Shown one piece after another: positions 44,291 to 53,971 of a DNA stretch of 64,000 nt. The stretch spans positions 704,001 to 768,000 of the forward strand of contig CAWCKH010000003.1 in assembly GCA_963796055.1 (NCBI GenBank), written 5' to 3'. Each line of letters begins with the position of its first letter. Positions within the stretch are counted from its first letter, which is position 1. Source of the DNA: an uncultured delta proteobacterium (GTDB lineage Bacteria; Myxococcota; Myxococcia; Myxococcales; Myxococcaceae). Position numbers and translations under genes: made by a program. The notes under the pieces are model-generated. The model saw only the letters and a program-made list of their open reading frames with translations. It had not been told where the DNA came from and did not search any database.

Positions 44291-44769
44291 GGCCTCAAGG
44301 TCGCGGTCAGCCGCCGCGGCTCAAGCAGGAGGTCCAGTGCGTCGGTGACGCTGCCCACCACGACGTCCGCGGCGCGCAGAAGCTCAGACGAGAGCCCTTC
44401 CGGCCCGAGGACCGCGATCGCCAGCGTGGCCGAGCGCATCATCGGCACGTCGTTCCGTCCGTTCCCCACGGCCACGACACCACGCCGAGCATTGACGAAC
44501 AGGCCCTTCTCGGCTCCGGTCTCCACGGTGTGGACCCGCAGGGGCAGCCCGCGAAGCGCGGCCCTCGCGCTCCCGAAGGTGTCGGCGGTCAGGACGTGGA
44601 CCTCGAGCCGGCGCGAGAGCCGGACGAGTCGCTTCCGGAGGCCCGGCAGCAGCTCGCCGTCGCGCGCCAGGGTGCCGTTGAAGTCGAGGACGAGGTGCGA
44701 GAGGCGCAGTGGGGGCGCGAGCCCCAGCTCGACGGTGAGTGGCTCGACTCGATCGGCGGGCGGGACCAT
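44287..44769 (-). CDS. HAD-superfamily hydrolase ('soluble P-type ATPase'-like)
   Basis: LDFNGTLA (motif I), TADTFG, K, VGNGRND (motif IV). Confidence 0.85.
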   Translation of the reverse strand: MVPPADRVEPLTVELGLAPPLRLSHLVLDFNGTLARDGELLPGLRKRLVRLSRRLEVHVLTADTFGSARAALRGLPLRVHTVETGAEKGLFVNARRGVVAVGNGRNDVPMMRSATLAIAVLGPEGLSSELLRAADVVVGSVTDALDLLLEPRRLTATLRP

Positions 44770-44824
44770 GAACACTCCCGAGGGCTGCGAACTCCGGGGC
44801 CATCCCACCCGAAGCTCAGCAGCG

Positions 44825-45205
44825 TCACCCGACCTCCTCACCAGCCCTGAGCAGGAGCCTCCGGATTCCTCCCCTGGGCTCCGCGACGTCTCCCCAGCGC
44901 CGGGGGATGACGTGGAAGTGCAGATGGGAAACGGTCTGCCCCGCCGCCTCGCCGACATTGACCCCCACGGTGAACCCATCCGCCCGGTGGCGGTCCAAGA
45001 TGCTGGCCCGGACCGGAACGGTCGCCTCGGCAAGCGCTCCCCGCTCCGAGTCGGACGCGTCGAACCAGGTCAGGACGTGCCGCCGGGTGATGATCAGGGC
45101 GTGCCCCGGCGCGGCGGGATGCAGGTCCCAGAGCGCGAGGACCTCCGGTCCTTCCCAGAAGACCAGCCGCGGGTCGGGCGGACAGAATGGGCAGGAGGTG
45201 CTCAT
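44825..45205 (-). CDS. HIT-family nucleotide hydrolase
   Basis: [26 protein letters not shown]. Confidence 0.92.
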   Translation of the reverse strand: MSTSCPFCPPDPRLVFWEGPEVLALWDLHPAAPGHALIITRRHVLTWFDASDSERGALAEATVPVRASILDRHRADGFTVGVNVGEAAGQTVSHLHFHVIPRRWGDVAEPRGGIRRLLLRAGEEVG

Positions 45206-46500
45206 CGGTGCTGCGGGACCCTGGGGAACGCCCGCATCCCGATGTAGCGGGCGTGGGTTCCGAGCTCTCGCTCGATGCGGAGCAGCTGGTTGTACTTCGC
45301 GAGCCGCTCTCCCCGGCACGGCGCCCCGGTCTTGATCTGCTGGGCCCCAGTGGCCACCGCGAGGTCGGCGATGAAGTCGTCCGTCGTCTCTCCCGAGCGG
45401 TGGCTGACCACCAGCGACATCCCCGCCGAGCGAGCCACTTGCATCGTCTCCAGCGTCTCGCTCAGCGTGCCGATCTGGTTGGGCTTGATCAGCACCGAGT
45501 TGGTCACCTTCTCCTCGATGGCCCGCCGCACCCGTGTGACGTTGGTCACCAGGAGGTCGTCACCGACCAGCTGGATGCGCTCACCGAGCGCCCGGGTGAG
45601 GAGCTTCCATCCCTCCCAGTCGTCCTCGGCCAGGCCGTCCTCGATTGACCAGATCGGGAACTGGCGAACCCAGTTCTCGTAGAAGGCGACCATCTCCTCC
45701 GAGCTCCGGCGCCGCCCGTCCGACTTCCGGAACACGTAGGCGCTCCCATCGTGGAACTCGCTTGCCGCCGGGTCGAGCGCGATGCCCACGTCCTTTCCAG
45801 GCTTGTACCCGGCGCGGACGATCGACTCGAGCAGCAGCTCCACGGCCTCCTCGTTCGACTTGAGGTTGGGCGCGAACCCGCCCTCGTCGCCGACGTTGGT
45901 CCCGTACCCGCGCTGCTTCAGGAGCGCCTTCAGCGCCTGGTAGCACTCAACCGCGACCTGCATGGCGCTCTGGAAGCTGATCGCCCCGGCGGGAACGAGC
46001 ATGAACTCCTGGAGGTCGACGCTGTTGTCGGCGTGGACGCCCCCGTTGAGGACGTTCAGCAGCGGGACCGGGAGCACCTCGCCGGGCGGCTCGACGATGG
46101 CCCGGTAGAGCGGCAGCCCGCGGCTTGCGGCGTTGGCCCGGGCGACCGCGAGCGAGACGCCCAGGATGGCGTTGGCTCCAAGGCGGGACTTGTTCGGCGT
46201 TCCGTCCAGCGCCAGCAGCTTGGCGTCGACCTGTCGGAAGTCTGCCGGCGCACCCGCCAGCGCGGCGGAGATCTCTCCGTTGACGTGCCCCACCGCGAGG
46301 AGGACGCCCCGGCCGCCGTAGCGCTTCGGCTCGTGGGTGTCCCGCAGCTCGACGGCCTCGCCGCTGCCGGTGGAGGCGCCGGAAGGCACGCTCGCCCGCC
46401 CCAGGTGCCCGTCCCGCAGCTCGACGTCGACCTCCACCGTGGGATTCCCTCGGGAGTCGAGGATCTCCCGAGCGCAAACCCGTGCAATCTCCGCCGTCAT
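45202..46500 (-). CDS. eno: Enolase (accessory copy)
   Basis: [61 protein letters not shown]. Confidence 0.97.
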   Translation of the reverse strand: MTAEIARVCAREILDSRGNPTVEVDVELRDGHLGRASVPSGASTGSGEAVELRDTHEPKRYGGRGVLLAVGHVNGEISAALAGAPADFRQVDAKLLALDGTPNKSRLGANAILGVSLAVARANAASRGLPLYRAIVEPPGEVLPVPLLNVLNGGVHADNSVDLQEFMLVPAGAISFQSAMQVAVECYQALKALLKQRGYGTNVGDEGGFAPNLKSNEEAVELLLESIVRAGYKPGKDVGIALDPAASEFHDGSAYVFRKSDGRRRSSEEMVAFYENWVRQFPIWSIEDGLAEDDWEGWKLLTRALGERIQLVGDDLLVTNVTRVRRAIEEKVTNSVLIKPNQIGTLSETLETMQVARSAGMSLVVSHRSGETTDDFIADLAVATGAQQIKTGAPCRGERLAKYNQLLRIERELGTHARYIGMRAFPRVPQHR

Positions 46501-48278
46501 GTGACCTCCGATGCAGTCGGTGCGACGACGAGCAGTCCTGTTTGCCGGGTGAGCTCGTCGAGATGCTCCAGCTCCGTTCTGACCTGACCTGCTCCCAGCG
46601 CCTGGGCCCGGCGCGCCTCCTCCACCGCATCGCGGGAACGAGCACGCACGACGCCCAGCTTCCGGCGCAGCTCTTCCCTGAGCAGCCGGGCGCTCTCCTC
46701 GGCTCTCTCCGCGAGATCGAACTGGACGCGCGAGCTGTTGGCCTCGAGGAGGCGAAGGAAGTAGTGCCGCGCATGGCGCAGGATCGACCCCCGGCGCCAA
46801 GAGACGGGGAAGAGCTGGTCGAGGACCCACGACCACGGTGGCTCCCCGGTCAGCTGCATCAGGGAGGCGAAGCGCCTCTGGCTGGGGACCCGGAATCCGA
46901 GGTCGAGGTCCATGTCGGCCAGGCCCGGGGCCTCGAGCGCCCTGGCGGCACGGCCGAGGAATTCGCTCGCGATGCGGGTCAGTCGCTCGGATGCGGCCCG
47001 GTGTAGCTCCTCGGCCCGAGATCCCTCCTCGCGCAGCCAACCCTCGGTGACTTCCCGGGCGGTGCTCTCGGCCAGGTCGAGACTCTGCGCGCGGACGGCA
47101 TGGGGACGGCCGCCCAGGCCCGCGATTCGGCCCTGTAGCGCGGAGACACCTGCCGGCGCAGCGCTGGCCAGGAACTCCTGCCGCTGCTCCTCCAGCGCCG
47201 AGCGGAGCCGTTCCACCTCGACGCGGAAGGCGACGTCGAGCAACCGGAGCGACTGCTCCAGCCCATCCACCGCCGCGAGGAGCGCCTTCATCCGCCGCTC
47301 CGATTCCTCGAGCGGAACAGTGAGCGCCAGCCTGCGCTCCTCGAGCACCCCCAAAAGCTCACCCCGCAGTCGCATCAGGCCGCGCCAGGCGGCCCCCGAG
47401 GCCAGCCGGGTGCCCTCGTTGGCCGAGAGCTCCTCCAGGGCCGTCACCAGAGCTTTCCAGTCGCGTCCTCCGCTGCCGCCAGCGAGACGCTCCTGGGCGC
47501 TGACCTCGAAGTGGCGCGAACCATCGGGCACTCCGGCCTCGATGAGCACCGAGGTGGTGAAGGTCCGGGCCTCCTCGAGCGCGGCCGTGTCCATCCGATC
47601 CGCCTTGTTGAGGACGAAGAGGAAATGCTCCACGCGCCGGGACAGCTCGATGACCAGCTCGAGCTCGCGTGCCGCGATGGGAGGATCCCCTCCCAGGACG
47701 ATGAGGGCAGCGTCCACCTGCGGCAGGAAGGCGAGCGTGGTCCGGGTGTTCTCCAGGTAGGTGGACTCGATTCCTGGGGTATCGACCAGGCACATCCCGT
47801 GCGCGAGGATGGGAGCTGGAAGGAGCACCTCTGCCGCATCCAGCCGCTTGCGGTTGCGGGGGTTCTGCTCCTCGGTCACGTACGCGGCGAGCTCGGCGCG
47901 CGGAATCTCCTCCCAGTCGCCGCCGCCCACGCGGATCCGGATGGTCTCGCGCGGTCCATGCCGAACGACGACGGCCGCCGAGGTCATCGGCCGGACCCCC
48001 ACTGGGAGCACCGGGGTTCCGAGAAGCGCGTTGATGAGCGTCGACTTCCCTCGTTTGAACTGACCCAGGCAGGCCACGAAATACCGGCCGGCCACGGTGC
48101 GCTCGCGAAGCCGGTCCGCCTCGTCGGCGAGGTCGGCCATGCGGGCCCGCCGGCCCAGCGCAGAGAGCTGGGACAGGGAGGCAGCCACCTCCGGTTCCCC
48201 CGTCTGTTCCACCAGTGCAGTCATCGTCCGCTCCAGGACCGGAACAAGGGTGTCCTGAAGACGTCGAGCGGTGCCCAT
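46497..48278 (-). CDS. Bacterial dynamin-like GTPase A
   Basis: G1 [22 protein letters not shown]; helical C-terminus; GAGGAG RBS. Confidence 0.9.
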   Translation of the reverse strand: MGTARRLQDTLVPVLERTMTALVEQTGEPEVAASLSQLSALGRRARMADLADEADRLRERTVAGRYFVACLGQFKRGKSTLINALLGTPVLPVGVRPMTSAAVVVRHGPRETIRIRVGGGDWEEIPRAELAAYVTEEQNPRNRKRLDAAEVLLPAPILAHGMCLVDTPGIESTYLENTRTTLAFLPQVDAALIVLGGDPPIAARELELVIELSRRVEHFLFVLNKADRMDTAALEEARTFTTSVLIEAGVPDGSRHFEVSAQERLAGGSGGRDWKALVTALEELSANEGTRLASGAAWRGLMRLRGELLGVLEERRLALTVPLEESERRMKALLAAVDGLEQSLRLLDVAFRVEVERLRSALEEQRQEFLASAAPAGVSALQGRIAGLGGRPHAVRAQSLDLAESTAREVTEGWLREEGSRAEELHRAASERLTRIASEFLGRAARALEAPGLADMDLDLGFRVPSQRRFASLMQLTGEPPWSWVLDQLFPVSWRRGSILRHARHYFLRLLEANSSRVQFDLAERAEESARLLREELRRKLGVVRARSRDAVEEARRAQALGAGQVRTELEHLDELTRQTGLLVVAPTASEVT

Positions 48279-48329
48279 CGCGGTCTCCTCGTGGCGTCAC
48301 GCATGCCCCGCGGACGCGTCGTTGCGTTC

Positions 48330-48379
48330 GCAGGAGTCATTGGCTCGCTCCGAGCAGTTCCGGCGGACTCCACCGCCTC
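48330..48379 (-). promoter_or_regulatory. Fluoride riboswitch (crcB motif) before the dynamin-enolase operon
   Basis: GAGGCGGTGGAGTCCGCC-GGAACTGC...GCCAATGACTCCTG: P1 GGCGG/CCGCC and pseudoknot GGAGT/ACTCC. Confidence 0.85.
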
Positions 48380-48497
48380 TGTGTCAACCTTTACATCTAC
48401 GCAGTCGAGGCTGACTTCTCAAGGGGTGAGAGCAGCCCTGGGTGGACCGATGGGCCTGGCGGAGCGGCGTCGGTCCCGGTACGGTTGGTGACCAGTC

Positions 48498-48558
48498 GAG
48501 GCGGTGGAGTCCGCCATGAACCGCCGGTCGGCGTGTCCGAGCGGCCAATGACTCCTGT
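48498..48558 (+). promoter_or_regulatory. Fluoride riboswitch (crcB motif) before the antiporter operon
   Basis: GAGGCGGTGGAGTCCGCCATGAACCGCC...GGCCAATGACTCCTG, with the same P1 and pseudoknot. Confidence 0.88.
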
Positions 48559-48606
48559 GAGCGTGGGGAGACCGCAACGGTTCCCCCGGTTTCACGGGAG
48601 GCGTCC

Positions 48607-48687
48607 ATGGCCAAGGTCCTCGAGAAGCGCAAGGCACCCACGGAAGTCAACCGCTGGCTTTCCGCACGTCGCGGTGTCTGGCCGTGA
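48607..48687 (+). CDS. 26-aa leader ORF MAKVLEKRKAPTEVNRWLSARRGVWP
   Basis: GGGAGG RBS; its TGA overlaps the antiporter GTG (GTGA). Confidence 0.55.
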   Translation: MAKVLEKRKAPTEVNRWLSARRGVWP

Positions 48688-49886
48688 CTCAGGTCTGGAC
48701 GCTCGCCGCACTATGGCTCGGGCTGGCGCTGCTGGCCACTCTGCTCTCCATCTGGTTCCGGGTGGCGACGGCCCTGTCGGAGATCGTCGTGGGCACGGTC
48801 GCCCAGTTGGTCATCGGAGCGCTGATCGGCGGTGCGGTGCTCGGAACGGACCAGGGCTGGATCAAGTTCCTCTCCGGCACCGGGGCCATCGTCCTCACCT
48901 TCCTCGCCGGCGCAGAGCTCGATCCGGTGGTGTTCCGAGCGCGCTGGAAAGAGGCCACGCTGATCGGGGCGGTCGGGTTCTTCGCACCGTTCCTCGGCTG
49001 CGCGTTCATCGCCCACTGGGTGCTGCACTGGGGTTGGAGGCCCAGCTGGCTCGCCGGTGTCGCTCTGTCCACGACCTCGGTGGCGGTGGTCTATGCGGTG
49101 ATGCTCGAGCTCGGCCTGAACAAGACCACCTTCGGGAAGGCGGTCCTCGCGGCCTGCTTTGTCAACGACCTGGGCACGGTCATCGCCCTGGGGTTGATCT
49201 TCGCTCCGTTCGGCTCCCGGACCCTGGCCTTCGTGGGAGTGGGCATCGCGGTCTTTGCCGTGCTCCCCTGGCTCACCCCGCGCTTCTTTCGCCGCTACGG
49301 TGGGAGACCCTCCGAGCTGGAGGCGAAGTATCTCCTGTTCCTGCTGTTCGCACTGGGAGCCCTCGCGTCCTGGGCCGACAGCGAGGCCGTCCTTCCCGCC
49401 TACGTCGTGGGGATGGTCCTGGCCGGAACGGTGGGAAAGGACCACGTGCTGGTCGCCCGTCTCCGGACCCTGACCTTCGGACTGCTCACTCCGTTCTACT
49501 TCATCCGCGCCGGGTCGTTCGTCTCGGTCCCGGCGCTGCTCGCCGCCCCGCTGGTCTTCCTCGTGCTCTTCCTGGCGAAGATGGTGACCAAGACCGTCGG
49601 GGTGTTTCCGGCCACCAAGGCGGTCGGCTACCCCCGGCTGGAGGCGCGTTACACCACCCTGCTCATGTCCACCGGTCTGACGTTCGGGAGCATCTCCGCC
49701 CTTTTCGGCCTCAATCACGGCATCATCGACCAGGCCCAGTACTCGCACCTGGTGGCGACGGTCATCATGAGCGCGGTCGCCCCGACGGTCATCGCCAATG
49801 CCTTCTTCCTCCCTAGACATCTACTCCCGAGCGCTCCACCGGCGGGCCTCGTCGCGGCTGGGCCGGCGAAGCAGGCGGAGCTCTGA
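48684..49886 (+). CDS. Cation:proton antiporter (Na+/H+ exchanger/CPA family)
   Basis: About 12 TM helices; FLAGAELD, LSTTSVAVV, FVNDLG, PFYF. Confidence 0.88.
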   Translation: MTQVWTLAALWLGLALLATLLSIWFRVATALSEIVVGTVAQLVIGALIGGAVLGTDQGWIKFLSGTGAIVLTFLAGAELDPVVFRARWKEATLIGAVGFFAPFLGCAFIAHWVLHWGWRPSWLAGVALSTTSVAVVYAVMLELGLNKTTFGKAVLAACFVNDLGTVIALGLIFAPFGSRTLAFVGVGIAVFAVLPWLTPRFFRRYGGRPSELEAKYLLFLLFALGALASWADSEAVLPAYVVGMVLAGTVGKDHVLVARLRTLTFGLLTPFYFIRAGSFVSVPALLAAPLVFLVLFLAKMVTKTVGVFPATKAVGYPRLEARYTTLLMSTGLTFGSISALFGLNHGIIDQAQYSHLVATVIMSAVAPTVIANAFFLPRHLLPSAPPAGLVAAGPAKQAEL

Positions 49887-49915
49887 GATGGTGGAATGAG
49901 GAGCAGGAGGAAACC

Positions 49916-51208
49916 ATGGCGCTCGAGGGTCGAGGGAAGCGGGTGCGCATCTACGTGAACGAGGGTGCCCGGGTCGGCCACCAGTCGGCAGACATCGCGA
50001 TCCTCACCTTCCTTCGTCGCGAGAACGCGGCCGGAGCCACCGTCTTCCGCGCCATCGAGGGCTTCGGCGGGCACGGCGAGATCCACACCGCGCGCCTGGT
50101 GGACGTGGCCCAGGCGCTGCCGATGGTCATCGAGTGGGTCGACTCGGAGGAGCGCGTCGAGCGCCTGCTGCCCCGGGTCAAGGAGCTCGTCCCGCGCGGG
50201 CTCATCACCGTCGATCCGACCGAGATCGTCCTTTACGAGCCCTATCCTGTTCGCCGCGTCTCGAGTCATCTGACCGCCGCCAACGTCATGTCCCACGACG
50301 TCACCGCCGTCGGGCCCCAGGTGCCGGTTCGCCAGGTCGTGGAGCTGCTTCTCGGGCGGGTCTACCGGGCCGTTCCCGTCATCGACGGAACGGTTCCGGT
50401 CGGGATCATCAGCAACTCCGACCTGGTCACCCGCGGAGGCCTCACCGTCCGGATGGAGCTGTTACCCAGCCTCGAGGGCCCCGAGCTCCACGACGTGCTC
50501 GAGCGGCTCGCCAGGCAACAGAAGACCGCCGGCGAGATCATGACCCCGCACCCGGTGACCGTGCTCGCCACGACGCCACTCCCAGAGGTCGCGCAGATCA
50601 TGGCTCGGCGCCATCTCAAGCGGCTGCCGGTGGTGGGCCCAGGGGGTGGGCTGGTCGGGATCGTCAGTCGTCTCGATCTGCTCCGCACGGTCGCCGAGGG
50701 CTTCTCGCGAAACCAGCCCGAGCCCGACCAGGTCGGGCTGAACGGCGACGCGCCGATCGGGAAGGTGATGCGTCGCGACGTCCCGACCGTCTTCCCGGAG
50801 ACCTCGGTCCCGGAGGTGATGCAGGCCGTGTTCTCCACCCGGCTGAATCGCGCGGTGGTGGTGGATGCCGAGCGCCATGTCCTGGGCCTGGTCACGGACG
50901 CCGAGCTCCTGGAACGGGTCACCCCGTCGTTGAAGCCGAGCGCGCTCCAGTCACTGATGCACCGCCTGCCGCTCCTTCCTCGGCGTCAGGATGCCCGAGG
51001 AGTCGAGCAGCACGCGCTCGCCCATACTGCCCGGGAGCTGATGGTGCGGGCAATCCCGACTGCGGAGGAGAGCACCCCGCTCCGCCAGGCGCTCCGCTCC
51101 ATGCTCGAAGGCAAGGAGAAGCTCATTGCAGTCGTCGACGGTCAGCGCAAGCTGGTGGGCGTCGTCGACCGCGCGGACATTCTCCGGGGTCTGGCGGCGC
51201 CCGGATAG
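49916..51208 (+). CDS. DUF190 (PII-like) domain fused to four CBS domains
   Basis: AGATVFRAIEGFG, LPMVIEWVD (DUF190); four CBS repeats (VMSHDV, IMTPHP, VMRRDV, LMVRAI). Confidence 0.88.
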   Translation: MALEGRGKRVRIYVNEGARVGHQSADIAILTFLRRENAAGATVFRAIEGFGGHGEIHTARLVDVAQALPMVIEWVDSEERVERLLPRVKELVPRGLITVDPTEIVLYEPYPVRRVSSHLTAANVMSHDVTAVGPQVPVRQVVELLLGRVYRAVPVIDGTVPVGIISNSDLVTRGGLTVRMELLPSLEGPELHDVLERLARQQKTAGEIMTPHPVTVLATTPLPEVAQIMARRHLKRLPVVGPGGGLVGIVSRLDLLRTVAEGFSRNQPEPDQVGLNGDAPIGKVMRRDVPTVFPETSVPEVMQAVFSTRLNRAVVVDAERHVLGLVTDAELLERVTPSLKPSALQSLMHRLPLLPRRQDARGVEQHALAHTARELMVRAIPTAEESTPLRQALRSMLEGKEKLIAVVDGQRKLVGVVDRADILRGLAAPG

Positions 51209-51217
51209 GAGAGACCC

Positions 51218-51643
51218 ATGTTCTCCAGGATCCTCGTGGGGGTCGACGGCTCGTCCCCGAGTCAGCGCGCCTTCGCGGTCGCGCTCGACCTGGCAAAGCA
51301 CTACCGCGCCCCGCTCCACGTCTGCTCGGTCATCGAAGACGTGCCTAAATATGACGGCGAGTCGATCGCCGACGTCGACGAGGCGGTGGAGCGAGCGCAG
51401 AAGGCGTTCGATCGGGTCTACGAATCACTCGCCGGGGAGGCCAAGCGCGAGAAGGTCAAGCTCGTCCGCCACGTGATGCCCGGTCACCCAGTGGAGGTCC
51501 TCGTACACCTGGCCGAGCAGGAGGGCATCGAGTGCATCGTCCTCGGGGGGCTGGGCCACTCGCGCGTCCTGCGACGGGCTGCCGGGGGGATGGGAACGCA
51601 GGTCGCTTACCACGCACACTGCTCCGTGCTCATCGTGCGCTGA
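51218..51643 (+). CDS. Universal stress protein
   Basis: ILVGVDGS, GHP, IVLG..G, AHCSVLIVR. Confidence 0.92.
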   Translation: MFSRILVGVDGSSPSQRAFAVALDLAKHYRAPLHVCSVIEDVPKYDGESIADVDEAVERAQKAFDRVYESLAGEAKREKVKLVRHVMPGHPVEVLVHLAEQEGIECIVLGGLGHSRVLRRAAGGMGTQVAYHAHCSVLIVR

Positions 51644-51679
51644 GACCCGCCGGCCGCCCTTGCAGGGGCAGTGCTCTAC

Positions 51680-51745
51680 CCTCGATCGGGACTTCCTGGC
51701 ACACTTGCCGAACCGCGTCTGGAGCACCGACATCACCTACGTCGC
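51680..51745 (+). pseudogene. Tiny IS3-family transposase remnant
   Basis: LDRDFLAHLPNRVWSTDITYV resembles the start of the IS3 rve core. Confidence 0.6.
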
Positions 51746-51820
51746 TGGCCCTCCGCGTTCCTGCCGCGGGCCTGGTCCACCACTCCGACCGGGGAAGCTC
51801 AGGATCGCCAAGGGACTTTC

Positions 51821-52264
51821 CTACTGGAGGACGGCCCGCATGGCGACGGCGCTCCTGGGGCACGCTCCATGCAGCTCCTCGGAGGCGTTCAGGACCTCCG
51901 GTAACTCCTCGCGTCGAGCCACGGTGAAGCCGAACCGAGGAAACCAGTCGGGCGCAGTGGTCGTCAGGAGAAAGACGTCGCGGACGCCACCTTCGCGAGC
52001 CCGCTCCAGGAGCGCTCGGACCAGAGCGGTTCCGAGCCCGTTGCCCGCCAAGTTGTCGGCGACTGCCACCGACCGGAGCAGCCCAACGTTCCCGTAGCGC
52101 TCGAGTCCGGCAACTCCGAGCACCGCCCCGTTCGTCTCGCTCGTTGCCACGATGAAATCCGGGAGATGAATGTCCGCGCCCTCGGTCGGCAGATGACGTG
52201 CCTCAAGCAACGCCCGGATCCTGGGCCAGTCGCTCGCGCGTGCCAGGCGGATGGACGGGGTCAC
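51821..52264 (-). CDS. arsN2: Arsenic-resistance GNAT acetyltransferase (ArsN2-like)
   Basis: LLRSVAV, GNGLGTALV, LLTTTA..WF.RFGF, CPRSA; located in the ars operon. Confidence 0.8.
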   Translation of the reverse strand: MTPSIRLARASDWPRIRALLEARHLPTEGADIHLPDFIVATSETNGAVLGVAGLERYGNVGLLRSVAVADNLAGNGLGTALVRALLERAREGGVRDVFLLTTTAPDWFPRFGFTVARREELPEVLNASEELHGACPRSAVAMRAVLQ

Positions 52265-52782
52265 GCGGCAGAGTCCGGGGACTTCAGTCGCTCGAGGCCG
52301 ATGTCCTTCGTCAGCTTCTCCACCTTGAGCCTTTCGAGCTGCTCAAGAGGGAGCGAGGTGAAGATCTGCAAGCGCCGGTACAGGGTGAGAGCGACGCTGT
52401 GGAAGAAGCGTTCCTTTTCGCTCTCGGACCCAACGAAGGCAGCCGGGTCGTCCACGCCCCAATGCGCCACGATCGGCTGTCCCGGCCAGACAGGGCACGT
52501 CTCGCGTGCGTTGTCGCAGACGGTGATCACGAAGTCGAAGTTGGTCCTCCGGAATTCGTCCCACGACTTGCTGCGAGCATCGCTTGCGTCGATCGCAAAA
52601 CGTTCACGGAGCACCTTCACCGCAAGCGGATTCACGACGCCGGTTGGCATGGCCCCGGCGCTGTAGGACTCGAATCGCGCTCCTCCAAGCCGCTTCAGGA
52701 AGTACTCGGCGAAGACGCTCCGGGCCGAGTTGCCGGTGCAGAGGAAGAGCACCCGAAATGGACGACGCTGGTCGGTCTTCAT
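52261..52782 (-). CDS. arsC: Arsenate reductase (LMW-PTPase/thioredoxin type)
   Basis: LFLCTGNSARS, ITVCDNARETCPVWPG, HWGVDDP. Confidence 0.92.
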   Translation of the reverse strand: MKTDQRRPFRVLFLCTGNSARSVFAEYFLKRLGGARFESYSAGAMPTGVVNPLAVKVLRERFAIDASDARSKSWDEFRRTNFDFVITVCDNARETCPVWPGQPIVAHWGVDDPAAFVGSESEKERFFHSVALTLYRRLQIFTSLPLEQLERLKVEKLTKDIGLERLKSPDSAA

Positions 52783-52807
52783 GCGACGGCTCCTGGGGTA
52801 CCGAGGG

Positions 52808-53959
52808 TCAGGAAACGCTGGCGGTCGGGTCGCCAGCACCGCTGCTCTGATCGCCGCCGACGCGGCGCGGGAGGACCGGGGCACCCGAGCCCCGAAAGAG
52901 ACGTTTCTTGAGCCAGAGCGACAGGTACACGAGCGCGATCAGCGCGGGCACCTCGATGAGCGGCCCGACCACGCCGGCGAGAGCCTCGCCGGAGGAGATT
53001 CCAAACACACCGACGGCCACCGCGATGGCCAGCTCGAAGTTGTTGCCGGCGGCGGTGAACGAGAGGCTCGCGGTTTCCTCGTAGGTGAAGCCAAGACGCC
53101 GCGCGAGGAAGAAGGCACTCGTGAACATCACCCCGAAGTAGACCAAGAGCGGGATCGCGATCCGCACCACATCGACCGGCAAGCGCGTGATCTTGTCTCC
53201 CTGCATCGCGAACATGAGGACGATGGTGTAGAGCAGGCCGACCAGCGCGGTGGGGCCGAGGCGCGGCAGGAATTTCTCCTCGTACCAGGCTGACCCCTTC
53301 AGCCTGACCAGGGAGTAGCGCGTGAACGCACCGGCCACGAGGGGGACGCCGAGGAAGATCAGCACGCTCTTGGCGATGGCCCACACCGAGACGTCGAACG
53401 AGCTACCTGACTGCCCGAGCCAGCCGGGCACGACGGTGATGAAGAGCCATCCGAGGAAGGAGTAGCAGAGGATCTGAAACAGCGAGTTGAGGGCGACCAG
53501 CACCGCCGCGAGCTCATTGCTGCCACGGGCGAGCATGTTCCAGATCAGCACCATCGCGATGCAGCGGGCCAGGCCGATGAGGACGAGCCCGGTGCGGTAG
53601 TGCGGCAGGTCGGGCAGGAACACCCAGGCCAGCGCGAACATCAGCACGGGTCCGGCGATCCAGTTCAGGACCAGGGAGGTCGCGAAGAGCTTCCCGCGCG
53701 TCCGCAGCCCATGGACCTCGCCGTAACGCACTTTCGCGAGCACCGGATACATCATCCAGAGCAGGCCGACCGCGATCGGCAACGAAACGGTGTCGAGCTT
53801 CACCGAGTCCAGCCGCGCCCCGAGATCCGGAAACAGACGGCCGAGCAGGAGCCCGAGCGCCATGGCTCCCCCGATCCAGACCGGAAGGAGGCGGTCAACG
53901 ACCGAGAGGCGCTGGATGACGCGAGGAGCAGCGGGCTGCGCGATAGCAGTCGCGGTCAT
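52808..53959 (-). CDS. acr3: ACR3-family arsenite efflux transporter
   Basis: MMYPVLAKV, LARCIAMV, GNNFELAIAVA, GPLIEVP. Confidence 0.95.
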   Translation of the reverse strand: MTATAIAQPAAPRVIQRLSVVDRLLPVWIGGAMALGLLLGRLFPDLGARLDSVKLDTVSLPIAVGLLWMMYPVLAKVRYGEVHGLRTRGKLFATSLVLNWIAGPVLMFALAWVFLPDLPHYRTGLVLIGLARCIAMVLIWNMLARGSNELAAVLVALNSLFQILCYSFLGWLFITVVPGWLGQSGSSFDVSVWAIAKSVLIFLGVPLVAGAFTRYSLVRLKGSAWYEEKFLPRLGPTALVGLLYTIVLMFAMQGDKITRLPVDVVRIAIPLLVYFGVMFTSAFFLARRLGFTYEETASLSFTAAGNNFELAIAVAVGVFGISSGEALAGVVGPLIEVPALIALVYLSLWLKKRLFRGSGAPVLPRRVGGDQSSGAGDPTASVS

Positions 53960-53971
53960 CGGGTCGAACCC

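Noticed and set aside
43535..48278. Anti-phage defence system interpretation of the dynamin/HIT/ATPase cluster
   Set aside because: Not excluded, but the upstream fluoride aptamer and embedded enolase explain it better, and no nuclease or other effector domain was recognised.
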